A DNA stretch of 64,000 nucleotides from an archaeon (GCA_018656555.1 JABHZQ010000012.1:28080-92079), one strand, 5' to 3'. Positions 1 through 10,158 are shown, numbered from the stretch's first letter. Numbers and translations are program-made. Notes: generated from the sequence alone by a model not told the origin.

Positions 1-1111
1 TTTTATCTTTGCTTTTATTCCAAATTTTATTAACCTAACAATAAATCAAATTTCCTTACAAGTTATGTTTGTACCCTTAATGTTGTTGTTTATTTACTCT
101 CTTTTGAATATACAAAAAAGAATGGGCTTATTTTTGATTGTTTCTTTGTTGATAATAGTCTTAGAACCTATGAACTTTTTATTCTTTTTAGCTCTTTTAA
201 TATTCCTTATTTTAATGATTGTAAATGATTTGTCTATTTTGAAAGCAACTAAAGAGGGGGTTTTGTTCTATGTTTTACTTTTGATCTTATTTAATCTAAT
301 CTTGTTTAAGAATCTGTATTTTGATCAAGGATTGTTGGCAGTCTGGCAAAATATACCTAGTCAGTTGTATAGTGACTATTTTCAAACAATAGATATCTTG
401 GGAGTTATTGCTAACATAGGGATTATTCCTATCATTTTAGGGATTACTGGTTTAGTTTTTGGATTTTTTACTGAAAATAAAAGAAATATCTATCTTTTTA
501 CTTCTATTATTGCATCTTGTTTAATTTTATTATTGCTGGAGCTTATTCCTTTTGAGTTGGGTATGATGTTGCTTGCTGTTATGTTGTCTATTACTTCTAT
601 CATTAGTATGGATAGGTTTATAGCCTATATCAAAATTACAAAATTTAGTAAATTTAGATTTTGGATTGTGGGTGGAATTATGATTATAACTATTGTAAGT
701 CTGATTATTCCTTCTGTTGTTTATGCAAGAGATAAAGTTAATGGAGGGGTTTCTTATACAGAGATAGAGGCTTTAGAATGGTTAAGGGACAATACACCAG
801 AAGATAGTGTTGTTGTGGCAAGTGTTTATGAGGGACATTTGATAAGTACTATTGCTAATAAGATTAATGTTATTGATACTCAATTTATACTTGCAGATGA
901 TAGGTATTTAGATATCTCTAATCTGTATAAAACTGAATCTTTAGTCAAGGCTCAAAGAACTTTAGAAAAGTATGGGGTTGATTATTTGTATTTTTCAGAT
1001 AAAGCAAAGGAACTATATGATGTTGAAGTTTTAAGATATGCAGATGAGGAGATTTGTTTTAAGAATATATTTGAAAATGAAGAAGTTGTTATTTACGAAG
1101 TGGTATGCTAA
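1..1111 (+). CDS. Polytopic membrane protein with a C-terminal extracytoplasmic domain; paralog of the next gene, possibly a divergent STT3/AglB-like GT-C. The frame is open to the window start, so the gene may be 5'-partial.
   Basis: ORF 65..1111 has no in-frame stop back to nt 2. The N-terminal half is multi-TM. The C-terminal soluble domain resembles the C-terminal domain of ORF 1038..2483 (…EALEWLRDNTPEDSVVVASVYEGHLIS… vs …AAMDYLETREKGVVFSDYERGVYINYAG…), including a degenerate WWDYG-like 'VYEGHLI'. Confidence 0.35.
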   Translation, partial: FIFAFIPNFINLTINQISLQVMFVPLMLLFIYSLLNIQKRMGLFLIVSLLIIVLEPMNFLFFLALLIFLILMIVNDLSILKATKEGVLFYVLLLILFNLILFKNLYFDQGLLAVWQNIPSQLYSDYFQTIDILGVIANIGIIPIILGITGLVFGFFTENKRNIYLFTSIIASCLILLLLELIPFELGMMLLAVMLSITSIISMDRFIAYIKITKFSKFRFWIVGGIMIITIVSLIIPSVVYARDKVNGGVSYTEIEALEWLRDNTPEDSVVVASVYEGHLISTIANKINVIDTQFILADDRYLDISNLYKTESLVKAQRTLEKYGVDYLYFSDKAKELYDVEVLRYADEEICFKNIFENEEVVIYEVVC

Positions 1112-2483
1112 GTATTTGATTTTACTAGCTTGTATAGGGGTTTTGTTAGTTGTACCTCTGTTGCGAGATGATGAGGCAGGGTGGGTAGGGAGTGATTCTT
1201 ATTTGAATTATAGGTTAGCAGAAGATCCAAGTATGTATGATGATCTAAGTTTTGGTGGGAGATTTGCAGCTTATGAATGGGGGACGCCATTAGTCATGAG
1301 TCTTGCTCCCAATCTTCTAATTAGTGTCTTGCCTTTTGTATTTGGAATATTAACATTTATACTGGTTTGGTTAATTATAAAGAAGTTATATCAAAATAAG
1401 AAGATTGAAAAATTGGCAATGATTTTGTTCTTATTATCGCCGACATTTGTTTATTTGTTTAGTTTTGGAAATAGTTTATTTATTCCTACATTTTTTTGTG
1501 TTTTAGCATTTTATCTATTTATTCAAGATAAACATTCATGGTTGAGTGTTCCACTAATCTTGGTCTTGCCTTTTTTTAACATTATTTTGTTAGCTAGTTT
1601 AATGATTTGTATGTTTTTCTATGCCTTTTTTCAAGATAAAAAGAAAAAGAATCTATTTTTTATATTGCTTGTATTTGGGTTAATTGTTAGTATTGCTTAT
1701 TATGGATTTATATTTAGTCAAACAGGTTTACCTCATCAACTAGATTTGAATGAAGGAAGTTGGACTACATTTTTACAAAAATGGATTTATGATTTTGGGA
1801 GTGAATATGGGATAGGTCTTTTCCTTTTAACCCTAAGTGTAATTGGGATGGCTTATATGTGGAAGAAGAAGTATGATAGTTTATTTTTATTTTTCTCAGT
1901 CTTGGGTTTGCTCATATTTTCATTCTTTAGAATGGAAGTTTTAATCATTTTAAACATATTCTTGTGTGTTTTGGGAGCTTCAGGAATAGAGTTTTTCTTA
2001 GATAAAAAAAGAACTGGGGCTGTGGTCTATACTCTTATTATTATCATTTGTGGAGTGGTTTTTTCAGGAATTTCTCAATTAGATAATCTTACAGAATCTG
2101 TGCCAACAGAAGGAATGGTTGCTGCTATGGATTATTTAGAAACTAGAGAGAAAGGAGTTGTATTTTCAGATTATGAAAGGGGTGTGTATATCAATTATGC
2201 TGGCCATAAAAATTTTATTGATGAGAACTATTTATTTGTTCAAGATGCTGGAGAAAGGTTTGAAATTGCTAATGAACTGTACTATTATAGAAATTTGGAG
2301 GATGTTGAAACTGTATTTGATGAGTATGATATAAAGTACATTTGGATTGATCAAGAGATGAAAGATGAGCTTTGGGAGTATGACACAGAGGGTTTATTGT
2401 TCATATTAGAGTATACAAGAGATTTTATAAAAATCTATGATAAGGAGGGAGTAGAAATATGGATCAAGGAGGATTTAGATTAA
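1038..2483 (+). CDS. STT3/AglB-like oligosaccharyltransferase-type membrane protein (divergent, short), paralog of the upstream gene
   Basis: Multi-TM N-terminal domain carrying an acidic loop 'GSDSYLNYRLAEDPSMYDD', reminiscent of the AglB/STT3 EL1 region. C-terminal soluble domain with 'SDYERG' (a degenerate WWDYG-like). The start could be ATG 1038, 1044 or 1077; the gene overlaps the upstream ORF by 35-74 nt. Confidence 0.35.
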   Translation: MQMRRFVLRIYLKMKKLLFTKWYAKYLILLACIGVLLVVPLLRDDEAGWVGSDSYLNYRLAEDPSMYDDLSFGGRFAAYEWGTPLVMSLAPNLLISVLPFVFGILTFILVWLIIKKLYQNKKIEKLAMILFLLSPTFVYLFSFGNSLFIPTFFCVLAFYLFIQDKHSWLSVPLILVLPFFNIILLASLMICMFFYAFFQDKKKKNLFFILLVFGLIVSIAYYGFIFSQTGLPHQLDLNEGSWTTFLQKWIYDFGSEYGIGLFLLTLSVIGMAYMWKKKYDSLFLFFSVLGLLIFSFFRMEVLIILNIFLCVLGASGIEFFLDKKRTGAVVYTLIIIICGVVFSGISQLDNLTESVPTEGMVAAMDYLETREKGVVFSDYERGVYINYAGHKNFIDENYLFVQDAGERFEIANELYYYRNLEDVETVFDEYDIKYIWIDQEMKDELWEYDTEGLLFILEYTRDFIKIYDKEGVEIWIKEDLD

Positions 2484-2484
2484 T

Positions 2485-3744
2485 ATGCTACTCAGATCAT
2501 TTGATGTTGTTGTCTTTGTAATTTACTTTATCCTATTATTTCTTTCTGTGTTTTGGCTTACTGTTCTATACACTGTTAGAGATCCAAAAAAACCAAAACT
2601 AAAAGGAGAACTTCCTAAATTCACAGCAATTGTTCCAGCATATAATGAAGAGAACACGATTATTGGTACAGTCCAATCTTTAGTAGCTTTAGACTATCCT
2701 AGAGATAAAAAACAGATTATTGTTGTTAATGATGGTTCTAAGGACAAAACAAGAATTAGGATGGAAGAGTTTATTGCTAAGCATCCAGAGGCAGGAATCA
2801 TTTTAATAAATCAAGAAAATCAAGGTAAGGGAACTGCTTTGAATAATGCACTTAAAATAGCAACAGGAAAGTTTTATGCTTGTTTAGATGCAGATTCTTC
2901 TGTTGAATCTAATGCAGTTAAAGAAATGTTACCTTATTTTGAGGATAAGAATATTGCTGCAGTTTGTCCTTTGTTGAAGATTGATAATCCTCGTTCTATG
3001 ATTGAAAAAGTACAGTGGTATGAATATATTGTTAATATGTTTTACAAATATCTTAATGCAAAGATCAATTGTATTCATGTTACACCTGGACCATTTAGTG
3101 TTTATAGAACTGACTTGATTAAAGAATTAGGCGGTTATGATACAACAACAATTACAGAAGATTTAGAAATTGCAATTAGATTACAAAAATATCAGTACCA
3201 AATAGCTCAAACTTTTGATGCTACTGTGCATACAAAAGGACCCAAAACATGGAAGGCTTTGTTTAGGCAGAGAGTGAGATGGTATAAAGGTTCTGTAGAT
3301 AACTCATTAAAATACAAAAAACTTATGTTTAACAAGAAATATGGGGATTTTGGTTTTATTCGGATGCCTACAATTTTATTAGCAGGTATATTGACTATAA
3401 TCATAAGTGCATTTCTGTTTAGAGAAGTTATAATCAAACTGTACAAAGATCTGCTTTGGATGATTGGGATTAACTTTGATATATGGCCATTGATACAGAA
3501 TTTTTCTTTTGACTTCAGTATTTTGAGTTTGCCGTTCTCTAAATTATTTATTGCAACTCTTTTGATTTCATTAGGATTATTTGTTATGTTTTATTCTTAT
3601 CAAGTTATTGGAGAGAAGATTACAAATCATGGAAGAACATTCTTTTCTTTAATCTTTTATTTATTACTATACTCCTTGTTCTTGTCTACTGTTTGGATGT
3701 ATATTGCTTTTATTTTCATTCTAGGTAAGCAATCAAAATGGTAG
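2485..3744 (+). CDS. GT2 family glycosyltransferase with C-terminal TM helices (Dpm1/AglD-like polyprenyl-phosphate glycosyltransferase)
   Basis: 'FTAIVPAYNEENTI', 'IIVVNDGSKDKT', 'QENQGKGTALN', 'YACLDADS' (DxD) and 'QRVRW' motifs typical of GT2. The C-terminal ~120 aa are hydrophobic helices. Confidence 0.8.
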   Translation: MLLRSFDVVVFVIYFILLFLSVFWLTVLYTVRDPKKPKLKGELPKFTAIVPAYNEENTIIGTVQSLVALDYPRDKKQIIVVNDGSKDKTRIRMEEFIAKHPEAGIILINQENQGKGTALNNALKIATGKFYACLDADSSVESNAVKEMLPYFEDKNIAAVCPLLKIDNPRSMIEKVQWYEYIVNMFYKYLNAKINCIHVTPGPFSVYRTDLIKELGGYDTTTITEDLEIAIRLQKYQYQIAQTFDATVHTKGPKTWKALFRQRVRWYKGSVDNSLKYKKLMFNKKYGDFGFIRMPTILLAGILTIIISAFLFREVIIKLYKDLLWMIGINFDIWPLIQNFSFDFSILSLPFSKLFIATLLISLGLFVMFYSYQVIGEKITNHGRTFFSLIFYLLLYSLFLSTVWMYIAFIFILGKQSKW

Positions 3745-5018
3745 GTAAAAAATGGATTTATGTGTTGATTATCTTTCTAATAGTTGCACTTAGATTTACT
3801 TACATGGATGTTAATCATGAAAATTACTATTGGGATGAAGTTGTTTATTTACATTTGGCAGAGAATATAAACAATGGAGGATATTATTCTCATATTGGTG
3901 AAGAGTTTAGGGCTCCGATGTTTCCTTTTTTATTGTCTTTATTTGGCTATGGACATTTCTTTGTATTTTGTTTAGTGGTTATAGGTATTGTTTTAATGTA
4001 CTTTTTAGGGAAAGAGATATTTAATGAAGAGGTAGGGTTGATCTCTGCTGTTATTTTGGGAAGTATGTCTTTGTATTTTTTCTATAGTTTCAAACTTTTA
4101 ACTGAACCCTTAACACTTATACTTCTTATTGGTGCTATGTTGTTATTGTATAAATATGAGAAGCTGAATAAAAATTATCTTTTATATTTGGGAATGATTT
4201 GTGCTGGCTTGGCTGTTTTGACAAGGTATGTTGCTGGAGCTATGGCTTTAAGCATATTTTTGTATTTGTTGTATAAAAAGAAATGGAAGGAAGTCCTTAT
4301 TTCTGGATTAATCTTCTTGGTTGTATTAAGTCCATTGTTTATTTTAGGAATGTTAAATTATGGTAATCCTTTAGGTATGTTAATTTCAAATTTAGTGGAT
4401 AATACTTCAAAACACGGAGGATTATTTTATTATTTTATACATATCTATCCCATACTGGGTTGGTTTATTCCTGCTGCATTTGTATATGGTTTATTTTCTA
4501 AAGAGAACAAAAAACCAATGTTATTTTTTATTATCACTTATTTTATTGTTTTGGAGATTTTAGCTTTGAAATATGATCGGTTCTTTATTCTTATGTTTCC
4601 TTTTATAGCAGTTATTGCAGCAAAAGGAATCTACAAACTTAACAAGAAATACAAGGTGGGAATGTTATTTTTGGCTATTTGGGTTGTTGTTAATCTTACT
4701 GTGGGTTTAGTCCATATTGATATGGATCGGAGTAATACTGCTCTTTTGGTTAATTCTGCAAGTGATTTTGACTTAGAAGGAAATATGGTTTCTAATTCTC
4801 CAGTTTACTTTAGCTATTTTGGAAATCAAGAAGTGGATTATATCCCCATAGTTGAAACAGATATTAGCCATATTGATTATTTTATAATAGACAATTATCA
4901 TCCAAGAGAAGAAGAGTATTACTTGATTTACACAAATTATATAAAAGAGAATGGAACTTTGGTTTACAACATGACAGAAGGACATAGGGAGGTTTTGGTT
5001 TATGCAACGAAGAGCTAG
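3738..5018 (+). CDS. GT-C fold glycosyltransferase (ArnT/PMT-like, GT39/GT83-type)
   Basis: About 11 predicted TM helices. The first extracytoplasmic loop 'YYWDEVVYLHLAENINNGGYY' resembles the ArnT/PMT N-terminal region. A soluble C-terminal domain follows. Confidence 0.5.
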   Translation: MVGKKWIYVLIIFLIVALRFTYMDVNHENYYWDEVVYLHLAENINNGGYYSHIGEEFRAPMFPFLLSLFGYGHFFVFCLVVIGIVLMYFLGKEIFNEEVGLISAVILGSMSLYFFYSFKLLTEPLTLILLIGAMLLLYKYEKLNKNYLLYLGMICAGLAVLTRYVAGAMALSIFLYLLYKKKWKEVLISGLIFLVVLSPLFILGMLNYGNPLGMLISNLVDNTSKHGGLFYYFIHIYPILGWFIPAAFVYGLFSKENKKPMLFFIITYFIVLEILALKYDRFFILMFPFIAVIAAKGIYKLNKKYKVGMLFLAIWVVVNLTVGLVHIDMDRSNTALLVNSASDFDLEGNMVSNSPVYFSYFGNQEVDYIPIVETDISHIDYFIIDNYHPREEEYYLIYTNYIKENGTLVYNMTEGHREVLVYATKS

Positions 5019-5688
5019 TTGGCAATTGTATATATTTTCATTTCTAATTACCTTATTGGTCTTTTCTTTAGGTTTGTCTATTGGACTTGTTATTGAAAAG
5101 GAAAGATTACAAGAAGTGGATAAAATCAATCTAGAACAACAGGTTGGTTTGAAAAGTCTGCAATTGCAACAGTTATACTTAGAATCAGGGGATGCTAATT
5201 GTGATGCTATGAACAAAATTCTAGAAGCCAATATCCAAGACTTGTTTGAATCTATGAACAGAGTTATTGAATTTAATAAAAAATCTATTATTGATGAAGA
5301 GCTCTTTGACTATCAATTGAGAGACTACTTTTTAACAGAAATGCAATTCTTAATGTTTTCCAAAGAGATAGGGGAAATTTGTGGTAGTGATTCAGTAACA
5401 GTAGTATACTTCTATAATGCAGATGAAACAGATGTTCAAGGAGAAGTATTAGATTATTTGAAGAATATCTTTGATGAGAGACTATCTGTATTTTCTTTTG
5501 ATTCTAATTTTGAAGAAGAACCAATGATCGAGGTTTTATTGGAAAGTGAGGGTGTTGAAGTATTTCCTACTTTGATTGTGAATGATGTTGTGTACTCTGG
5601 TGGATTGGGGGCTGAGGAGTTAAAAGAGATTATTTGTGAGGAATTAGAGGAAAAACCAGTAGAATGCCTAATTGAGACCTTACAGTAA
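5002..5688 (+). CDS. N-terminally membrane-anchored acidic extracytoplasmic protein, function unknown
   Basis: A single N-terminal TM (LYIFSFLITLLVFSLGLSIGLVI), then an acidic soluble domain. Confidence 0.4.
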   Translation: MQRRASWQLYIFSFLITLLVFSLGLSIGLVIEKERLQEVDKINLEQQVGLKSLQLQQLYLESGDANCDAMNKILEANIQDLFESMNRVIEFNKKSIIDEELFDYQLRDYFLTEMQFLMFSKEIGEICGSDSVTVVYFYNADETDVQGEVLDYLKNIFDERLSVFSFDSNFEEEPMIEVLLESEGVEVFPTLIVNDVVYSGGLGAEELKEIICEELEEKPVECLIETLQ

Positions 5689-5705
5689 GCTATTTAAACA
5701 GGTAT

Positions 5706-6221
5706 TTGATTTCTAATGTTATGAAAAGGTTATTAATTTTGTTTGTATTGTTATTAATTGTAGGTTGTACTGGACCTTTGCCAGCTACTCCACAAGCTTC
5801 TGGACCTTATACTAATGCATATTATGGCTTTTCAATTGTACCTCCTGAAGGTTGGTATATTGCAGAAGCATCTCCAGGAGTTAGTTTTCTAGGAGATTAT
5901 GACTATTTAGCTAATATTGTTATTTCTGTTGATGGGGATGCTACAACTTTGCTTGAATATTGGGCAGAAGAAAAAGATAGATTAGAAAGATCTGAAATTA
6001 TGGTTGGAACTCAAACAGATCAAGAATTAATGACAACTGTAAATGGATACACTGCTATTTCTGTAGATTATACTTATACTTTAATTGAGGAAGTTAAAGC
6101 TAGAGAGATTATAATTGTTGAGAATGGTAATGCTTATCTTATTACTTACCAAACAGAAGTTGATATGTTTGATGAACATCTTCAAATGTTTGAAGACAGT
6201 TTAGTTACTTTTTCTATTTAA
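5706..6221 (+). CDS. Lipoprotein (lipobox), unknown function
   Basis: N-terminus 'MKRLLILFVLLLIVGCTG' is a signal peptide with a lipobox Cys. Confidence 0.5.
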   Translation: MISNVMKRLLILFVLLLIVGCTGPLPATPQASGPYTNAYYGFSIVPPEGWYIAEASPGVSFLGDYDYLANIVISVDGDATTLLEYWAEEKDRLERSEIMVGTQTDQELMTTVNGYTAISVDYTYTLIEEVKAREIIIVENGNAYLITYQTEVDMFDEHLQMFEDSLVTFSI

Positions 6222-6772
6222 GTTAAAACTTCTACTAATGCACTAATCATATCACATAAACCTACTCCAGTTAACCATAAGATTATTGCTGGGAAGATTA
6301 AGTTTAAACCTGCCAATAATACAAGAACAACAACTGGTGCAAAACAAGCAATATTAGCATAATTTTCATCCCCCAATCCCCAAGCAATTGCAGTTGTAAG
6401 TCCAGGTAAAGGTATTGGTATTGCTCCAATGATCGCACCCACAACTAAGAAAAATGGAGTTGCTACAATTTTAAGAATCCAATTTGCTTCTGAACTCCAA
6501 AGGATTGCTACCCACAATATTCCAACTAATATAGCTCCAATAATCATGAAACCAATAAGACCAATTACTGTTTCAAAAAGTGCATCACCAACTAAATCTG
6601 TTAAGGCATCTAGCACATCAACTAAAAAACCAAGTATGAATCTAAATTTTTTTAATAAGAAAACTATTACTGCTGCAGTAACAATAAAACTTAAAGTCCA
6701 ACCCCAATTTTTAACAAAGAAAATTAAGATTACAAAAAATAATCCAAGTGTTTCACCAATACACAAATCCAT
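6218..6772 (-). CDS. Small polytopic membrane protein, unknown function
   Basis: 184 aa with 4-5 predicted TM helices and an acidic loop 'LVDVLDALTDLVGDALFE'. Confidence 0.45.
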   Translation of the reverse strand: MDLCIGETLGLFFVILIFFVKNWGWTLSFIVTAAVIVFLLKKFRFILGFLVDVLDALTDLVGDALFETVIGLIGFMIIGAILVGILWVAILWSSEANWILKIVATPFFLVVGAIIGAIPIPLPGLTTAIAWGLGDENYANIACFAPVVVLVLLAGLNLIFPAIILWLTGVGLCDMISALVEVLT

Positions 6773-6818
6773 ATTTTAGTGAAAAGGTTTAAATATTAAT
6801 AAAGTTATTTATTTTTTA

Positions 6819-8174
6819 ATGAAAAAGAGGATGATTAGAGAAGAAATTCTTGATTTTAATAATAGAGGGATGGCTGATGAAGGGAGTGTTGCTGGTGCTG
6901 TAGGTTCTGCTGCAGGTGGATTTTTTAATAAAGTGAGAACATCAAAAACAAATAAGCACCTTAGATCATTAGGTAGTGAAAGTTCTGATGGTGCACCAAC
7001 AGAAAAAAAACCAATAAAATTATCCACCGTTGTAACAATAATTATTATTGCTCTTTTGCTTCCTATTATGTATGTAACTTTTAATGCTTATTCAGGTACA
7101 GAACAAGGAGAGACTCTTTGGTTAAAAATTTCAGATGCTATTAAAGAGTATAATCCAATTAGTTGGTATGGTGATTTAGTTAGTGAGCAAAAAACATTAG
7201 ATGTTTGGAGTTCTGAGACTAATAGAAGTAGTACTATGAAAGGTATAGAATTGGATGGGATGAGTTCTATTAGTGGGGGGACGATACCTCAAGGTTCACA
7301 ATTTGAAGTTGTTTATGATATTGAATATCATGAGATTGGTTCGGATGGGGTGGAAGATGTTAATTTTGAATGTGTTTTGCAAGATGGAGATGATGAAGAT
7401 ATTGTTCATGGAGAAATTATTCCTCAAAAAACTTTTACCTTAAGAAAGAATGATTTTGTAAGTTGTAGAATTCCTTCAGAATATACTCAAGACTTAGATG
7501 GGTCTTTCTCTGTTGTGGGTTGGTTTGAATTTCCTTTTTCAACAGAAGATGTTACATTAAAAGTCTATTATACTACTTCAGATGTATTTGATCAATTAGT
7601 AGAAGATGATGTTGATTTCTTCGATAGGTATGATATTGATGGTGGATCTCCAAGGGCAGTGTATAATGGGGAACCAGTTAGGGTTGCTATAGGTGCTACT
7701 GCTTCAAATCAAGATCAACCAGTAATTGTAGGTAGTGATAGATCTTCCTTCCCCATTTTAGGAATTCATTTAGAGAATGAATGGGCAGGTGAAGTTGTAG
7801 ATATAACAGACATGAAAGTATACTTACCTGAAGGTGTTGAGATTAACGAAGAATTATCTTTAAATCCAGATAGTTTTAGTTGTCCTTTTGAACATTTGGG
7901 AAAATCTGATGGGAAGAATGTTTATAGATTATATAGACCAACAATGGAGGAAATGTTTAAATCTTTGATTGATGCAGAGATTCCTATTTTAGGAGATTCA
8001 AAGTATAGTGAAAATGAAAGGAATTTTAATTGTTGGTTGGATGTAGCTCCTGAATTTGTTGGAAGTTCATTATATAAAGTAGATGAATATAGTGTTAGTT
8101 TAGATTATCTTTATAGAGTAAATGATAAAGAAGATCAAGTGGTTATAAGGGCACCAGGAGAGGTAGTTACATGA
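6819..8174 (+). CDS. Type II membrane / cell-surface protein (cytoplasmic N-terminal tail, one TM, large acidic ectodomain)
   Basis: ~65-aa N-terminal tail, a TM 'LSTVVTIIIIALLLPIMYV', then an acidic ectodomain poor in Lys. Forms a tight operon with the next two lipoprotein genes. Confidence 0.5.
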   Translation: MKKRMIREEILDFNNRGMADEGSVAGAVGSAAGGFFNKVRTSKTNKHLRSLGSESSDGAPTEKKPIKLSTVVTIIIIALLLPIMYVTFNAYSGTEQGETLWLKISDAIKEYNPISWYGDLVSEQKTLDVWSSETNRSSTMKGIELDGMSSISGGTIPQGSQFEVVYDIEYHEIGSDGVEDVNFECVLQDGDDEDIVHGEIIPQKTFTLRKNDFVSCRIPSEYTQDLDGSFSVVGWFEFPFSTEDVTLKVYYTTSDVFDQLVEDDVDFFDRYDIDGGSPRAVYNGEPVRVAIGATASNQDQPVIVGSDRSSFPILGIHLENEWAGEVVDITDMKVYLPEGVEINEELSLNPDSFSCPFEHLGKSDGKNVYRLYRPTMEEMFKSLIDAEIPILGDSKYSENERNFNCWLDVAPEFVGSSLYKVDEYSVSLDYLYRVNDKEDQVVIRAPGEVVT

Positions 8175-9112
8175 AAAGAATAATTTTATTGTTATGTTTA
8201 TTATTGTTAGTAAGTTCTTGTGGCTTTAGTCCAAGTGGTGATTCTGAACAAGAAATAACTGGTTGTCCATATTCATGTAGATCGGGAAGTAGTGGGGTTG
8301 AATTGGAAATCTTAAATCCAGATACTAGTATAGGGGATTCAGAAAAAAGAATTATTCCTGCTGGTTATGAATTCATTCCATCTTTAATTGTGCATGATGA
8401 AGGAATGAGCGATGCGGATGGAGAGGTTTGTGTTACTGGTTTAGACTCTAGTACTTTTTCAGGTGTTGGAGGATGTGATTGTGCTGATTATTATATTGTA
8501 GTTGAAGAAGAGGAAGATTATTTTTTGAATGATCAAGTGGTTGATATATTTCCAGGATATGGTGTTGCTAGTGGTACCGAAGGAGATTACCTTATGACTT
8601 TTATTAATAGATATAAGTATAAGACTTATGCAGTTGTTGATGCTTGTTTAAAACAAGATCCAGCAGATAAAGAAGGTTGCTCTTCTAGTGGAAGTATTTT
8701 GGATGTTTCATCTAGTGCACCATTAACTGTTAAAAGTGTAGATCAAACAATTACAAGACCCGGACAGGGAACTAATGCGATTAATTTAATTCTAACTTAT
8801 GAAGTAAGTGCAAAAGGCAATGCTGGTTCTGGTTTGATAAATGATGAAGTTTTATTTAGTGGATTGTGTTATGATCCTAATGATGAAGATCCTTGGATTG
8901 ATGTTAAATTTGTTATTTTAAACCAAGAGTATAGTTGTGAATCAATACAACTAATAGCTGGAGAGGGAACTGGAAGTTGTATTGCTGATTCAATTATTAC
9001 TGAAGGTAGCTCTGGAGAATATCTATTTGAAGATCAAAGTACTCACCAAGGATACTTAGAATTTAGTTATTTATGGGAAGATATAGAGACTGTAGAGTTT
9101 AGAGTACAATAG
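8171..9112 (+). CDS. Cys-rich lipoprotein, unknown function
   Basis: 'MKRIILLLCLLLLVSSCGFS' lipobox, many Cys, acidic. Overlaps the upstream gene by 4 nt (ATGA). Confidence 0.5.
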   Translation: MKRIILLLCLLLLVSSCGFSPSGDSEQEITGCPYSCRSGSSGVELEILNPDTSIGDSEKRIIPAGYEFIPSLIVHDEGMSDADGEVCVTGLDSSTFSGVGGCDCADYYIVVEEEEDYFLNDQVVDIFPGYGVASGTEGDYLMTFINRYKYKTYAVVDACLKQDPADKEGCSSSGSILDVSSSAPLTVKSVDQTITRPGQGTNAINLILTYEVSAKGNAGSGLINDEVLFSGLCYDPNDEDPWIDVKFVILNQEYSCESIQLIAGEGTGSCIADSIITEGSSGEYLFEDQSTHQGYLEFSYLWEDIETVEFRVQ

Positions 9113-9161
9113 AAAGTTTAATAAATAAATATTGCCATTTTAAATCAAAGGAGGGTTTGCT

Positions 9162-10082
9162 ATGAAACTAAAAAATTATACTATTGCTGTTATTTTACTT
9201 GGAATCTTATTCATAAGTGGATGTGGGGGTCAGACTACAACTACAACTGAAGGTTATTATGGTTGTTTTTCTGGAGAGACTTCAATGATTGATGCTTATT
9301 TCTATGAATATGCACCTTTTAGTTCTGAAGCAAGTCCATATAGACCTGGAGAGGAGATTGATGTTAATGTTATTTTAGAAAATAAAATGCCTGAAGATCT
9401 AGATGCTGGAAAGGTTATGATTAGATTGAAAGGTGATGCTGCAATTGAATCCATTTTTACAGGTTCTAGTATTGTAGAAAATCCATCATTATATTCTATT
9501 GATAAAGATACTTGCACTGTTTCTGATGAAGAGGTTGAATTAGGTCCTCTTCTTTATGAACCTGAATTGACTACTAAAATTACTAAAGAAATTGCAGGTA
9601 CTTATTGTTATGAACATCCTGTAGAAGTTCATGGTTATTTATTCTTTACAGAAGATCCTACTGAAGTGGGTGTAAATTTACCATCTGGTGCAAATCCACC
9701 ATCTGGTGTACAAGTTACTGCAATTGAGCAAGATCCAGTTGATGTTTCTGGTGATGGTCAAACTGCTACATTAAGATTTAAAGTTTATATCCAAAATGTA
9801 GGAACTGGAACAATTGTAGATACTTTGGATGATTGTTTTGCCTATAGAGAATTAGGATATAGAGAAACCTTGAATGTAGAAGTTGATACTGCTTATGATG
9901 AGCAGGATTGTACTGAAGAGATAAGGTTATCTAAGGATGCACAAGAAGATGTAATTACTTGTGAAGTTACTGGAATTGATCCAAATAATCTTGGACCTCA
10001 ATCAAGTGAATTAACTGTTACTTTGAATGGTTTTGCTTATGAGGATGAGATTACTGGTGTAGATATCTGGTTAGAACCTTAA
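9162..10082 (+). CDS. Lipoprotein, unknown function
   Basis: 'MKLKNYTIAVILLGILFISGCGGQ' lipobox; an acidic extracytoplasmic protein. Confidence 0.5.
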   Translation: MKLKNYTIAVILLGILFISGCGGQTTTTTEGYYGCFSGETSMIDAYFYEYAPFSSEASPYRPGEEIDVNVILENKMPEDLDAGKVMIRLKGDAAIESIFTGSSIVENPSLYSIDKDTCTVSDEEVELGPLLYEPELTTKITKEIAGTYCYEHPVEVHGYLFFTEDPTEVGVNLPSGANPPSGVQVTAIEQDPVDVSGDGQTATLRFKVYIQNVGTGTIVDTLDDCFAYRELGYRETLNVEVDTAYDEQDCTEEIRLSKDAQEDVITCEVTGIDPNNLGPQSSELTVTLNGFAYEDEITGVDIWLEP

Positions 10083-10158
10083 TTTTTCTTTTATTTATTT
10101 TATATTAAAGAAATTCTTATAAAGGGTAGCAATATTGGGTTGATTGAGGGAAGATTTT

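Noticed and set aside
6429-6779. Antisense ORFs inside longer genes
   Set aside because: Examples are 6429-6779, 16759-16950, 29460-29759, 33239-33445, 36252-36551, 49249-49497 and 52383-52874. Each is fully embedded in, and antisense or out of frame to, a confidently identified longer gene. Their sequences are low-complexity, so they are almost certainly frame-shadow ORFs.
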